A DNA stretch of 64,000 nt. It comes from Bryobacterales bacterium (GTDB lineage Bacteria; Acidobacteriota; Terriglobia; Bryobacterales; UBA6623). Below are positions 1 through 10,589 of the stretch, piece after piece. Every line of letters begins with the position of its first letter. Within the stretch, counting starts at the first letter, position 1. Position numbers and translations under genes: made by a program. The stretch spans positions 32,001 to 96,000 of the forward strand of contig OY729428.2 of NCBI GenBank assembly GCA_963422375.2, given 5' to 3'. The notes under the pieces were generated by a model that was not told the origin of the DNA, did no database searches, and saw nothing but the letters and a program-made list of their open reading frames with translations.

Positions 1-1654
1 GACCCCCTCGCTCAGCGTGCTCGAAGTCGAGAGCGGCACCCTCGCGAACCGAATCGAACTGCCCGACGCATGGCTCGGCCTGACCTTCCACGTCTCCGGC
101 GACCGGCTCTACGCGAGCGGCGGCGGGCGCTCCAGCGTCTGGGAGATTTCGTTCCGGGACGGCATCGCGCGGATCGAGCGCGAGTTCCCCCTGCCCCGGC
201 CGTGCGAAGGCCGCTGCGACGCCCTGATCGGAGATCTGCGCTTCGACGCTGACGGCAGGATGCTCTACGCCCTGGACGTGCTGGGCGATCGTGCAGTGAT
301 CGTCAACACGCAGTCAGGCCTCGTCCTGGGCGAGTTCCGCACGGGCGCGGCGCCCTACCGCGCCAGGCTGGCGCCCGACGGCAAGCACCTCGTGGTCAGC
401 CACTGGGGCGAGGCATCCCTGGGGCTGTACCGCCTCTCGGACCGCCGCCTCGTGGAGCGCATTCCGGTCGGGGAGCATCCGACCGACCTCCTCGTGGTGC
501 CGGGCAGCGTCCGCGCGCTCGGCAGCGGCCGCGCGGGCGACGAGGAGCGCAGTTACCCGGCCCGCCTCTTCGCGGCCTGCGCGCACTCCGACAACCTGTG
601 GACATTCGGCATCGCGGACAGCGGGCGCTTCGACCTGCTCGACGTGCGCAGCGTCGCGCCGTTTCCCGGCTCCCCCCTCGGATCGCTCCCCTCGGCGCTG
701 GGCGCCAGCGCCGACCGCAGCGCGCTGTACGTCGCCAACGCCGGGAACAACGCGCTGCTCGTCGCCGACATCTCGGAGGCCCTGCCGGAGCTGAGCGGGG
801 CGATCCCCACGGGGTGGTTCCCGACCGCCGCCGTGGGCCTGCCCGGCGGGGGCCTGGCCAGCCTCAGCGGCAAGGGCGACGGCCAGCGCGGCGGGCTGGT
901 CTCCATCCTGCCGGCTCTCGACTTCCGGCAGGCGGCGGCCCTCAGCGCGGCCGCCGTGGCCAACCTGCCGAGCCCGCGCTCGGTGACCGCCGATCCGCCC
1001 GAGGCGGCGGACCACGTCTTGCTGGCCCTCGCGGACGCGAGCGGCGAGTCCTGGGAAGAGGCGCTCGGCGAGGCGGCGTTCCTTCCTGGTTACGCCCCCC
1101 CGGCCCGCGGGAAGCTCGGCCAGCTCGCCTGGCTAACAGGCGGCATGGAGACCGACTTCTTCGCAAAGCTCGCGCCGGCCGCCGCCTCCGGACGGCTGAC
1201 CGAGAGGGCCCTCGCCGCGGCGGGCAGGGCCGCGCGGGCAGCGGCCGGAACGCTCTGGTCGAACGCGGCGGACGCGTCCGTGCCCATCGCGCGGTACGGC
1301 ATCGGCGGCGGACGCCCCGTCGAAGCGTTTCTCGCCGAGCTCGAGCGCGGCGGGGCGCTGGCACGCCTGACCGTGGCCCGCCTGGCGGGCACCTCCGACG
1401 ACATCGGCCGCCTCGCCAGCGCGTTCCGGGAGCATCCGGCCTACGAGCGGGCAGTCCTGTTCGCCGTCCCCGTCGGAAGCGGCTCCTCCGCAGCCGTGCT
1501 GGGCGGACCGGTCGCCTTCAAGGGAGCCCACGACGGTTTCGTCTCCGCCGCGTCCGTGCTGCGCACGATCGAGTGGATCCTGGGCCTGCGCCCCATGACG
1601 CAGTTCGACCTGGCGGCCCCGGCACTCGAGACGCTGTTCGCGCCGCTCCGGTGA
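1..1654 (+). CDS. YncE/YVTN-type beta-propeller protein with degenerate C-terminal phosphoesterase-like domain (5' end likely outside window)
   Basis: Frame is open from the window edge. Propeller repeats (IPVGEHPTDL, LYVANAGNNA, IPTGWFPTA). C-terminus LRTIEWILGLRPMTQFDLAA resembles YncE/alkaline-phosphatase-family fusions. Confidence 0.7.
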   Translation, partial: TPSLSVLEVESGTLANRIELPDAWLGLTFHVSGDRLYASGGGRSSVWEISFRDGIARIEREFPLPRPCEGRCDALIGDLRFDADGRMLYALDVLGDRAVIVNTQSGLVLGEFRTGAAPYRARLAPDGKHLVVSHWGEASLGLYRLSDRRLVERIPVGEHPTDLLVVPGSVRALGSGRAGDEERSYPARLFAACAHSDNLWTFGIADSGRFDLLDVRSVAPFPGSPLGSLPSALGASADRSALYVANAGNNALLVADISEALPELSGAIPTGWFPTAAVGLPGGGLASLSGKGDGQRGGLVSILPALDFRQAAALSAAAVANLPSPRSVTADPPEAADHVLLALADASGESWEEALGEAAFLPGYAPPARGKLGQLAWLTGGMETDFFAKLAPAAASGRLTERALAAAGRAARAAAGTLWSNAADASVPIARYGIGGGRPVEAFLAELERGGALARLTVARLAGTSDDIGRLASAFREHPAYERAVLFAVPVGSGSSAAVLGGPVAFKGAHDGFVSAASVLRTIEWILGLRPMTQFDLAAPALETLFAPLR

Positions 1655-1742
1655 GAGCGGCGCCGTACGCGCCGCGGCCAGCGGGGGGACCGACTCGCGA
1701 GCCCCTGAGCGACACTAAGGAGAAAGCGACCCGCGAGCGCTC

Positions 1743-4700
1743 ATGAGCCGCCCCAGATTCCAGCGCGCCAAGCCGATCGTAGACTTTCCTGCCGCCGAGC
1801 GGGAGGTCAGCCGCTTCTGGGACGAGAACCGCGTTTTCGAGAAGAGCCTCGCCCAGCGCGAGGGAGCGCCGCCGTTCATCTTCAACGAGGGCCCGCCCAC
1901 CGCGAACGGCCTGCCGCACAACGGCCACGTCCTCACCCGCGTCTTCAAGGACGTGTTCCTGCGCTACCGCACCATGGCGGGCCGCTGGGTCCCGCGCAAG
2001 GCCGGCTGGGACACCCACGGACTCCCCGTGGAGGTGGAGGTCGAGAAGGAGCTCGGCATCCACGGCAAGCACGCCATCGAGGAGTACGGCGTCGAGCGCT
2101 TCGTTCGCAAGTGCATGGACTCGGTCTTCCGCTACACCGAGGAGTGGGAGCGCATGACGCGCCGGGTGGGCTTCTGGGTCGACCTCTCGGACGCGTACGT
2201 CACCTATCACAAGTCCTACGTCGAGAGCGTCTGGTGGGCGCTGGCGCAGCTGTACCGGCAGAACCTGCTCTACCGCGGCCGCAAGATCGTGTGGTGGTGG
2301 CCCCAAGGCGGCACCGCGCTCTCGGCGGGGGAGGTCGGACTCGGCTACAAGACGGTCGAGGACCCCTCCGTCTACGTGGCCTGCCCGCTGGCGGACGAGC
2401 CCACCGTTTCCCTGCTGGTCTGGACGACCACGCCCTGGACGCTGCCGTCGAACCAGTACGTCGCGGTGCGCCCGGACTTCGAGTACGTCCAGGCGCGCTC
2501 CGCCGGCCGTTCTCTGATCCTGGCGGACGCCCTGCGCGAGACGCTGGCGCGGAAGCTCGGCGAGCCCCTGACCGTGGAGCGGCGATTCAGGGGAGCGGAC
2601 CTGCTCGGGCGCCGCTACCTGCCGCCGTTCGGCCACTTCCGCGGGCAGTACTGGGAGGCCGCGGGCGAGCTGCGCTCGGGCGGCCGCGAGCCCTACCTTT
2701 GGAAGGTCCTGGCCGGCGACTTCGTCACGCTCGACAGCGGCACGGGCCTCGTCCACGAAGCTCCCGCCTTCGGCGAGGTCGACTACGACCTGCACCTGCG
2801 CGCGGCGCAACGCTACCGGAACCCGGACGCGGCGCCCCTGCTGTGCCCCGTGCGACCCGACGGCACGTTCGACAGCAGCGTCGGCGAGGTCGCCGGACAG
2901 TGGGTCAAGGACGCCGACCGGACGCTGCTGCGCATGCTCGCGGAGAGCGGCGCGCTGGTCAGGAGGGAGAGCTGCCGGCACGAGTACCCGTTCTGCTGGC
3001 GCGCCAGCGACGACCCCCTCATCCAGTACGCGCGGCCCGCCTGGTTCGTCCGCACCACCGCCCGCAACCGCGAGGTCCTGGCCAACAACGACGCCATCAA
3101 CTGGCTGCCCGGGCACATCGGCAAGGGCCGCTTCGGCGATTTCCTGCGCAACAACGTCGACTGGGCGCTGTCGCGGGAGCGCTACTGGGGCACGCCCCTC
3201 AACGTGTGGATCAACGACCGCACCGGCACCGTGGCGATGCCCTCCTCGTGCTCCGAGATCCTCGCCCGTAACCCCGCCGCCTTCGATCACTTCCGCCAGG
3301 CCAAGGAGGCGGATCCCTCCCTCTCGGACCACCTCATGGTCCACAAGCCGTGGATCGACCAGGTGACCTGGACCGAGCCGGGCGAGCCCGGGGTCTACCG
3401 ACGCGTGCCGGAGGTCATCGACTGCTGGTTCGACTCGGGGTGCATGCCGTTCGCGCAATACGGCTACCCGCACCACGGCCGTGCCGAGTTCGAGGCACGC
3501 TTCCCCGCCGACTACATCACCGAGGCCATCGACCAGACACGGGGCTGGTTCTACTCGCAGCTGATGGTCTCCACGCTCGTCTTCGGCGAGCGGGGCGCCG
3601 GCGATACCGGCCTGCGACCCCCGAAGTACCCGCATCCCTTCCGCAACTGCATCGTGCTGGGGCACGTGGCCGACCCGAGCGGGAAGAAGGAGTCCAAGTC
3701 TCTCGGCAACTACACGCCGCCCGACTTGATCTTCGACGACGTGGCCCAGGTCTTCGCGGCGCGGTCCGACACCGACAGCGGCCGGCCCGCGGCCCCCGGC
3801 GAGGCCCTATTCTCGCGCGAGGATCTCGCGGCGCTGGACCTCAAGCCGGGCGATCCGGTGCGGCTCCGCGGCCCGAGCGGCAACGGGCCGGGCCGGCCGG
3901 CCGAGGCGCGGCCGGCCAAGGACCTGCCGCGCCGCTGCGTGCTGCTTTCCGCGGAGGACCTCAGGGCGCTCGGCACCCATCCGGTCCGGGTCGGCACCAG
4001 GGTCGGGCCCAACGACGTGCCGAGGCTGCCGGCGCGCGAGCGCGTCACCGTCAGCGTCCCGGCCCCGGCCCCGGGGGCCGACGCGTTCCGCTGGTTCTTC
4101 CTCGCGGGCAATCCGCCCTGGTCGCCGACCCGCCACTCGCTCGCCAACGTCCGCACGATCCAGAAGGAATTCCCCCTCAAGTTCCGCAACGTCTACTCGT
4201 TCCTCACCATCTACGCAGACATCGACGGGTTCGACCCCGCCTCGTCCCGGGGCCGGCCGGCGGCCGAGCGGGGCCTGCTCGACCGCTGGATCCTGTCCGA
4301 GCTCGACCTCCTCGCGGGCCGTCTGCGCTCCTTCATGGACAGCTTCCTGGCCTACGAGGCGGCCGGCGAGCTGAACCGCTTCGTCGACGGCCTCTCGAAC
4401 TGGTACCTACGCCGCAGCCGCGGGCGCTTCTGGAAGAGCGGCTTCGACGCGGACAAGGCCGACGCCTACGCCACGCTCTACGAATGCGTCGTCAGCGTGG
4501 CCAAGCTGTGCGCGGCCTTCACGCCCTTCATGGCCGAGGAGATCTACCAGAACGTGGTGCGCGGCGCCGGCGCGCCCGGCCCGGAAAGCGTGCATCTGTG
4601 CGACCTGCCCGCCAGCCGCGAGCGCGAGGACCTGGCGCTCTCGGAGGAAATGGCGGCCGTGCGCCGGATCGTCTCGCTGGGCCTGCGCGTGCGCACCGAG

Positions 4701-5387
4701 CGCCAGCTGAAGGTCCGCCAGCCGCTGCGCCGGGCCGAGGTCGTGGTGGCCGATCCGGCGCTGCGGCGGAGGGTCGAGCCCTACGCCGCGCTCGTCGAGG
4801 AGGAGCTCAACGTGCGGGAGGCGCGGTTCGTCGAGGGCCGGCAGGCCCACGTGCGCTACGTGGCGAAGCCCAATTTCCGGCGGCTCGGGCCCAGGCTCGG
4901 CAAGCGCGTCAAGCGGGCCAAGCGCGTCTTCGCCGGGCTCGACGCCGGGGCCCTGCGCAGCAGCCTGCTCGCGACCGGGCGGGCGGTCATCGACTTCGAC
5001 GGGGAGAGGCTGGAACTCGACAGCGACGACGTGCAGGTCAGCGTGGAGGCCGAGGAGCACTTCGCGGCGGCCGGCGACTCGGCCATGGTCGCCGTGCTCA
5101 GCACGGAGCTGGACCAAGACCTGCTCGACGAGGGCTTCTACCGCGAGCTGCTGCACCGCGTGCAGAACCTGCGCAAGGAAACCGACATCGAGTACACGCG
5201 CCGCGTGCGCCTCTCGCTGGAGGGCTCGGAGCGGGCGGCCCGCATCGTCGCCGCCCGTCGCGAGCACCTGATGGCCGAGACACTCTGCACGAGCCTGCGC
5301 GACCGCATCGCGGCCGGAGCGGCCGGCGTCGAGCGGCAGTTCGACATCGACGGAGAGCGCGTGCGCCTCGTCATGGAGCCGGTCTGA
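1743..5387 (+). CDS. ileS: Isoleucine--tRNA ligase, type 2 (IleRS2), with ~110-aa insertion
   Basis: [14 protein letters not shown] (HIGH), [50 protein letters not shown] (KMSKS variant), [10 protein letters not shown]. No C-terminal zinc finger. Confidence 0.97.
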   Translation: MSRPRFQRAKPIVDFPAAEREVSRFWDENRVFEKSLAQREGAPPFIFNEGPPTANGLPHNGHVLTRVFKDVFLRYRTMAGRWVPRKAGWDTHGLPVEVEVEKELGIHGKHAIEEYGVERFVRKCMDSVFRYTEEWERMTRRVGFWVDLSDAYVTYHKSYVESVWWALAQLYRQNLLYRGRKIVWWWPQGGTALSAGEVGLGYKTVEDPSVYVACPLADEPTVSLLVWTTTPWTLPSNQYVAVRPDFEYVQARSAGRSLILADALRETLARKLGEPLTVERRFRGADLLGRRYLPPFGHFRGQYWEAAGELRSGGREPYLWKVLAGDFVTLDSGTGLVHEAPAFGEVDYDLHLRAAQRYRNPDAAPLLCPVRPDGTFDSSVGEVAGQWVKDADRTLLRMLAESGALVRRESCRHEYPFCWRASDDPLIQYARPAWFVRTTARNREVLANNDAINWLPGHIGKGRFGDFLRNNVDWALSRERYWGTPLNVWINDRTGTVAMPSSCSEILARNPAAFDHFRQAKEADPSLSDHLMVHKPWIDQVTWTEPGEPGVYRRVPEVIDCWFDSGCMPFAQYGYPHHGRAEFEARFPADYITEAIDQTRGWFYSQLMVSTLVFGERGAGDTGLRPPKYPHPFRNCIVLGHVADPSGKKESKSLGNYTPPDLIFDDVAQVFAARSDTDSGRPAAPGEALFSREDLAALDLKPGDPVRLRGPSGNGPGRPAEARPAKDLPRRCVLLSAEDLRALGTHPVRVGTRVGPNDVPRLPARERVTVSVPAPAPGADAFRWFFLAGNPPWSPTRHSLANVRTIQKEFPLKFRNVYSFLTIYADIDGFDPASSRGRPAAERGLLDRWILSELDLLAGRLRSFMDSFLAYEAAGELNRFVDGLSNWYLRRSRGRFWKSGFDADKADAYATLYECVVSVAKLCAAFTPFMAEEIYQNVVRGAGAPGPESVHLCDLPASREREDLALSEEMAAVRRIVSLGLRVRTERQLKVRQPLRRAEVVVADPALRRRVEPYAALVEEELNVREARFVEGRQAHVRYVAKPNFRRLGPRLGKRVKRAKRVFAGLDAGALRSSLLATGRAVIDFDGERLELDSDDVQVSVEAEEHFAAAGDSAMVAVLSTELDQDLLDEGFYRELLHRVQNLRKETDIEYTRRVRLSLEGSERAARIVAARREHLMAETLCTSLRDRIAAGAAGVERQFDIDGERVRLVMEPV

Positions 5388-5412
5388 GCGCCGGGCACGG
5401 GGGCTCGCAGCG

Positions 5413-6567
5413 GTGCCGGAGAGCGGTGGCGGGAGACGCGGGCCGGCGCCGCTGGTCGGGCGGGATCTCGAGGAGCTGAGCGCGCTCGCGGTCTCCCTGG
5501 GCGAACCCGCCTACCGGGGCCGCCAGATCTACCGCGGGCTCTACCGCGAGCTCCGCTCGGGGCCGGGCGAGATTCTCACGCTGCCTCGCGGCCTCCGGAG
5601 CCGCCTCGAAGGGCAGTTCGGCGGCGGCCTGCCGCCGACGCTGGAGCGCTGCGAGTCCGCCGACGGCGCGGCGCGCTACCTGCTGCAACTGCGCGACGGG
5701 CGCTCCGTCGAGGCGGTGTTCATTCCGGAGGAGGGACGGGACACGCTGTGCATCTCCACGCAGGTCGGCTGCGCGGTCGACTGCAAGTTCTGCCTCACGG
5801 CCGCCCTGGGGCTGGAGCGCAACCTCGAAGCCGGCGAGATCGTCGCCCAGGTGCTGGCCCTGGCCCGCGACCGGGGCTTGGACGCCAAGCGCCGCCCGCT
5901 CAACGTCGTGATGATGGGCATGGGCGAGCCGCTGCTGAACCTGCAGGCCGTCATGAAGGCCACGCGGCTGCTCGCGGATCCCGACGGCGTCGCCGTCCCC
6001 TTGCGGCGGATCACGGTCTCGACCTCGGGAATCGTGCCGAAGATCGCGGAGTTCGGAAGCTACGCCCGGCGCGGCAAGCTGGCCGTGTCGCTGAACGCCT
6101 CCAGCGAGGAGCAGCGCGTCCGGCTCATGCCGGTCACGGCGAAGTACCGGCTGGCGGCTCTGCTCGAGGCCTGCCGCGCTTACCCGCTGCGCCCGTGGGA
6201 GCGCCTGACGTTCGAGTACGTGCTCCTGCGGGACGTGAACGACTCGGACCGGGACGCGCGCGACGTGCTGCGCCTGCTCGCGAGCCTCAGGTGCTCCGTC
6301 AACCTCATCGCGCTGAACCCCGGCCCGGGCATCCCGTTCGACACGCCCGAGCCGGCCCGAGTGGAATCCTTCCGCGCGATCGTGCATCGGGGCCTCCCTT
6401 GCTTCGTGCGCAAGCCCCGCGGACGCGACGTCTTCGCCGCCTGCGGGCAACTCAAGCGCACGGCGGCCCCACCCGGCGAGGCTGCCGGAGGCCCGTACGC
6501 CGAACGCGTCGACGGTGATCCCGGAGAAACCGCGCCAAGGCAAGCCGGCGAGGCACCGGTGGCATGA
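5413..6567 (+). CDS. rlmN: Dual-specificity rRNA/tRNA methyltransferase RlmN (radical SAM)
   Basis: [15 protein letters not shown] (CxxxCxxC), [28 protein letters not shown]. Confidence 0.95.
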   Translation: MPESGGGRRGPAPLVGRDLEELSALAVSLGEPAYRGRQIYRGLYRELRSGPGEILTLPRGLRSRLEGQFGGGLPPTLERCESADGAARYLLQLRDGRSVEAVFIPEEGRDTLCISTQVGCAVDCKFCLTAALGLERNLEAGEIVAQVLALARDRGLDAKRRPLNVVMMGMGEPLLNLQAVMKATRLLADPDGVAVPLRRITVSTSGIVPKIAEFGSYARRGKLAVSLNASSEEQRVRLMPVTAKYRLAALLEACRAYPLRPWERLTFEYVLLRDVNDSDRDARDVLRLLASLRCSVNLIALNPGPGIPFDTPEPARVESFRAIVHRGLPCFVRKPRGRDVFAACGQLKRTAAPPGEAAGGPYAERVDGDPGETAPRQAGEAPVA

Positions 6568-7703
6568 TGAATCGAGTGAGGGAAGCGGTCACGCATCGAC
6601 TGGGGGGCTACTGCCGCATGTTCGGATACGCCCGCATCGACCACGTTTCGAGGAGGCCGTGGCCACTGTACGACGATCATCCGGCAGAGCGCAGGACGGC
6701 GCGCAAGGAGTCCGTGGCGTTCCTCGCCCGAATGGGCCGGATACCCGAGTGGCGGAAGTCGGAGCCGGGCACGCTCGGCACGAGAGCCATCGAGCCTACG
6801 CTCACACGAGTGGGCCAGGTATTCCGAGCCTTCGTCCGCCGTCACGAGCAAGGCGAGAATCCGGGGCACCCCCGCTGCGAGCCGGTGTCGCAGTTCCGCG
6901 CAATAGAGCGCTCCCATCCGCCGAGGCTCCGGCCGCCGCGGAACGGGCGCTTGGACCTGGGCATCGAGGGCCTGCCGGACATCTTCATCCGGCAGAGCCG
7001 AGAGATTCCGTCGCTCAAGGCGCAGTTCGTCCGCATCACTCGCGCGGACGCCGGGATCTGCGCGGGCTTGTTGTTGGACGCGGCCGAGGGTCCGCTGGCC
7101 CCGAGCGATTCCGCCGCGAGTACCGACCTCCGCACGAGCGACGTTATCGCGGCGAGCGATGCCGAGCCTAGCAAGGACTCGCGTCGGAAGAAGCGAGCGG
7201 CGAGCCGCTGCGAGCAGGGCAGCGCCACACGGAGCAGGCGCGCGCAGGCACAGCAGATGCCGCGTCTCAAGCGCCACGTGCGCCATCGAAGCGAATGCCA
7301 TCGCATCACGAGTCGCTTGGTCAGGAAGCACGGAACGCTGGTTCTCGAGGCGCTCGACCGGCCGAACATGGCGGGTTCGGCCGAGGAAACGATCCGCGCG
7401 CAGGGCAGGCACGCCAAGCAAGACTCCGGATCGAATCGCTCGGTGCAGTCGCCGACCCGTGGCGTCGTCCGCCAGCAGCCCTCGTACAAGGCAAGACGGG
7501 AGTACGTGGAGGTCGACCTCGCGTACCCTTCCCAGACTTGCAGCCGCTGCGGAGCCGTCAAGGCAAGCAATCGCAAGGGCAGGCGCTGCAGCTGCTCCCG
7601 CTGCGGATTCTCGGGCGCTGCCGACTTCAATGCAGCAGTCAAGATCCCGAGGGCGCGGTGCGCGCCCTGGCGGGCTGCCGGGAAGCGTCGGAGCCGGCGA
7701 TGA
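6564..7703 (+). CDS. tnpB: TnpB-like (IS200/IS605 RNA-guided nuclease family) protein, strongly drifted, no tnpA
   Basis: RuvC-I-like [19 protein letters not shown] (RuvC-II), [22 protein letters not shown] zinc finger, ADFNAAVKI (RuvC-III). ATGA overlaps at both ends. Confidence 0.85.
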   Translation: MMNRVREAVTHRLGGYCRMFGYARIDHVSRRPWPLYDDHPAERRTARKESVAFLARMGRIPEWRKSEPGTLGTRAIEPTLTRVGQVFRAFVRRHEQGENPGHPRCEPVSQFRAIERSHPPRLRPPRNGRLDLGIEGLPDIFIRQSREIPSLKAQFVRITRADAGICAGLLLDAAEGPLAPSDSAASTDLRTSDVIAASDAEPSKDSRRKKRAASRCEQGSATRSRRAQAQQMPRLKRHVRHRSECHRITSRLVRKHGTLVLEALDRPNMAGSAEETIRAQGRHAKQDSGSNRSVQSPTRGVVRQQPSYKARREYVEVDLAYPSQTCSRCGAVKASNRKGRRCSCSRCGFSGAADFNAAVKIPRARCAPWRAAGKRRSRR

Positions 7704-8734
7704 CTCTCGACGCGCTCGGCCATAGTGCCACGGGCATTCGGACCACGGTCGTGGGCAGCTACCCAATCCCGCGCTGGCTCTACGGCGACTCCTCGCTCGG
7801 CACGCTGAGGGACGCGGTCGCCGTGGTCCTGCATACCCAGGAGCTCGCCGGCCTGGACGTGCTCGCGGACGGGGAGCTCAACCGCTTCGATCCGTCGCAC
7901 CCCGAGACGAACGGCATGATCGACTACTTCGTCAGCCGCATGTCGGGCATCCGCACGCGATACTCGGTGAGCGATCTGGACGCCTTCCGCAGCGACAGCG
8001 GCATGTCGTTCCGCGCCGCGCCGGCGGGCGTGGTGACCGGCGAGCTCGGCGGAGGCACGCTCAACCTCCCGGGCGACTACGCGTTCGTGCGCGAGCTCAC
8101 CCGGCACCCGCTCAAGTTCACCTGCACCGGACCGCACATGCTGTGCAAGACCCTGACGGACCGCTTCTACGGCGACCGCGAGCGGCTCTGCATGGCGATC
8201 GCCGAAGTGTTGCGCGACCAGCTGCAGCGCATCCAAGCGGACATCGTCCAGCTTGACGAAGCCAACATCACGGGCCATCCCGAAGAGGCAGAGTGGGCCG
8301 CGGCCGCCCTGAACCGCACCCTGGCGGGCGTGCCCGCGACCAAGGCCGTCCACGTTTGCTTCGGAAACTACGGGGGCCAGCGCATCCAGCGGGGCACCTG
8401 GAAGCGCTTGCTGCCCTATCTCAACGCCATCGAGTGCGACCTCTTCCTGCTCGAGTTCGCCCGGCGAGGCTATGACGAGATCGAGCACCTGAGGGATCTC
8501 AGGCCGGAAGCGGGCCTCGGCCTGAGCGTGGTTGACATCAAGACCACCGAGATCGAGACCGCGAGCCAGATCGCCGGACGGATCGAACTGGCAGTCAAGG
8601 CGCTCGGCCCGGAGCGGATTCGCTTCGTCAACCCGGACTGCGGCTTCTGGATGCTGCCGCGCAGCGTGGCGGACGGCAAGATGCGGGCGCTGGTCGCGGG
8701 CCGCGACCTCTACGAGGGGCTACGGGCCGCGTAG
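7700..8734 (+). CDS. Cobalamin-independent methionine synthase II family protein (single-domain, MetE C-terminal-like)
   Basis: TTVVGSYP, GLDVLADGE, TGPHML, VQLDEA, HVCFGN, LEFA, VNPDCG zinc ligands. ATG at 7700. Confidence 0.88.
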   Translation: MTLDALGHSATGIRTTVVGSYPIPRWLYGDSSLGTLRDAVAVVLHTQELAGLDVLADGELNRFDPSHPETNGMIDYFVSRMSGIRTRYSVSDLDAFRSDSGMSFRAAPAGVVTGELGGGTLNLPGDYAFVRELTRHPLKFTCTGPHMLCKTLTDRFYGDRERLCMAIAEVLRDQLQRIQADIVQLDEANITGHPEEAEWAAAALNRTLAGVPATKAVHVCFGNYGGQRIQRGTWKRLLPYLNAIECDLFLLEFARRGYDEIEHLRDLRPEAGLGLSVVDIKTTEIETASQIAGRIELAVKALGPERIRFVNPDCGFWMLPRSVADGKMRALVAGRDLYEGLRAA

Positions 8735-8753
8735 CGAGGCGCGCCGGTCCCGG

Positions 8754-10160
8754 TCACCGCAAGTGCCCGATGGCGTTCGCGTAGTAGGCCAGCAGGTCGG
8801 TCTCTTCCTCGGCGGCGCGGAAATGCCCGGAGTCCTCGTGGACCAGGCGGCGCAGCACTAGGATGCGCAGCCCGGCGGACACGGCGAAATCGCGGTCCGA
8901 GTGCGGGATATGCACGTATGCGCCCCTGCCCTCGAGGCGCTGCGCGAGCGCGAACGCGCGGGACTTCAGCGCCAGTTCGCTGAGGGGCTCGCCGCCCGCT
9001 TCGAGGAACACGCTGGCGATCAGCGACACAGGCAGCACCGGCACCATCGCGCCGATGCGCTCCATCAGATCGTCGCCCAGCTGCGCCACGAGGGCGAACT
9101 GCTCGTCCCGATCCAACCCGGACGGCCTAGCGGCGCGCGCGGCGCACCACGCCTTCAGGGAGACCGGCACGCCGAAGCTGACGCAAGCGTAGCCGTTGCG
9201 ATAGAGCCGACCCTGCCAGCGGCGCACTGCGAGTCGGAAGACGTAGCGAGCGACGGCCGCCGGGCTGACGCGGCCGAGCGACACCGCGCGCGGGTCGTCG
9301 CGCGCGGCGAGCAGGACGCGGTCTTCCAGGACCCGGTCGTAGTTCAGCCCGACCGGCACGAACACCACGTCCCGGTCCGACCGGGGGTCGAACTCCCTCA
9401 CGATGTAGCCCAGAAGGCCGAGGCGCGCTGGTCCGAGGGCGCCGTCGCGCGTCAGCCGCCCTTCGGGAAAGATCGCCTGCGTGACTCCCGAGTGCGTGGC
9501 CATGCGCACGTAGCACGCGAGCACCCGGCGGTACAGCGTGTTCCCAAGGCCGCGCCGGATCACGAATCCGCCCATGGCCCGGATCAGGCTGTGGAGCAAC
9601 CGAACACGCGCCCATTCCCCCACGGCGTAGGATAGGCCGGCGCGAGACGCCGCCATGTACGTCACGAGCAGGTAGTCCATGTTGGAGCGGTGATTCATGA
9701 CGAAGACGACAGCCGCCTCCGAATCGATCAGGGACAGGCGGTCCTCGTCGCCGAATCCGAGGCGCACGCGATAGGCGGAGGTCGCGAGCCAGCGGGACAC
9801 GGTTGCGCCGATGCCGAAATACGCCAGTGGATTGAAGGCCGGCACGATCTCGCGCGCGTAGCGCTCGGCATTCCGGGCCACGACCTGCCGGGGGACTCCC
9901 TGCTCCTCTGCGGCCGTCTCGATCGCACTCAATACCTGCGGACTGTGAACGACTCGATCAACCAGCGTCCGGCGGCGAGTCATCGCGAACGGCCGGATCC
10001 GCAGGTGCAGGCGAGCGTTGAGCTTCTCGACAGCGACGCTGACGCGCCGACGCAAGAACCAGCCGGCGCCAGGCGCGAGGATCCGGTCGAAGAAACCGAT
10101 CAGCGCGAAGGCGGCCAAGGCGGCAAGCACCCAGACCGGAACCGTTACGCCGTCAGCCAT
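8754..10160 (-). CDS. Glycerol-3-phosphate/lysophospholipid acyltransferase (PlsB/PlsC family)
   Basis: NHRSNMD (HxxxxD), IFPEGRLTRDG, N-terminal TM helix. Confidence 0.85.
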   Translation of the reverse strand: MADGVTVPVWVLAALAAFALIGFFDRILAPGAGWFLRRRVSVAVEKLNARLHLRIRPFAMTRRRTLVDRVVHSPQVLSAIETAAEEQGVPRQVVARNAERYAREIVPAFNPLAYFGIGATVSRWLATSAYRVRLGFGDEDRLSLIDSEAAVVFVMNHRSNMDYLLVTYMAASRAGLSYAVGEWARVRLLHSLIRAMGGFVIRRGLGNTLYRRVLACYVRMATHSGVTQAIFPEGRLTRDGALGPARLGLLGYIVREFDPRSDRDVVFVPVGLNYDRVLEDRVLLAARDDPRAVSLGRVSPAAVARYVFRLAVRRWQGRLYRNGYACVSFGVPVSLKAWCAARAARPSGLDRDEQFALVAQLGDDLMERIGAMVPVLPVSLIASVFLEAGGEPLSELALKSRAFALAQRLEGRGAYVHIPHSDRDFAVSAGLRILVLRRLVHEDSGHFRAAEEETDLLAYYANAIGHLR

Positions 10161-10589
10161 GCGCTCCCGGGGCGCCTAGTTACCCCACCGCCCGCGGCGA
10201 CCATGAGCCCGCCGACGCGATGTCCGCGACCGGACGAGTCGGCCGCTGGCCGCCACCGGCAGTCCGTGACTCTTGCGTAGTCTCTCGAACGGCATGCTCG
10301 GCGACAACATCGATTTTCTCACCGGCCGCTCATCCGTCTCGAGGCCGCGGACGTCGGCGGCGAGCAGAGGCGGCCAGCCCTCGCAGAGACGCAGGTTGCC
10401 GGAACGACGCTCGGCCCTCGCGAACGCGTCCGGGCCGGGTGACTTCGCCTTCGCCACGGGGCGGGGAACACCGGGGAAGCACAGTGGCGGAGCCGGTGCA
10501 TCCCGATGGCGTTCGGGCGGCGGCTCGTGCCGAGGCCGACAGGCCCGCCCAGAAGTGCTACGCTGCGGGTAGCGAGCATCGATCTGTAC

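Noticed and set aside
1518..3665. Long antisense and alternate-frame ORFs (also 3350-5479, 36410-37729, 57570-60813 and many others)
   Set aside because: Arg/Pro/Gly-rich shadows of real genes, expected at this GC; no motifs.
3739..4073. IleRS insertion as an intein
   Set aside because: No N-terminal Cys/Ser with C-terminal His-Asn splice junction and no LAGLIDADG motif.
7295..7699. N-terminal extension of the methionine synthase ORF
   Set aside because: Overlaps tnpB out of frame; family similarity begins after ATG 7700.
10440..10510. Cobalamin riboswitch-like GGGAA..CCGG text
   Set aside because: No GCCCCCGC/GCCACTG core elements and not upstream of a B12-related gene.
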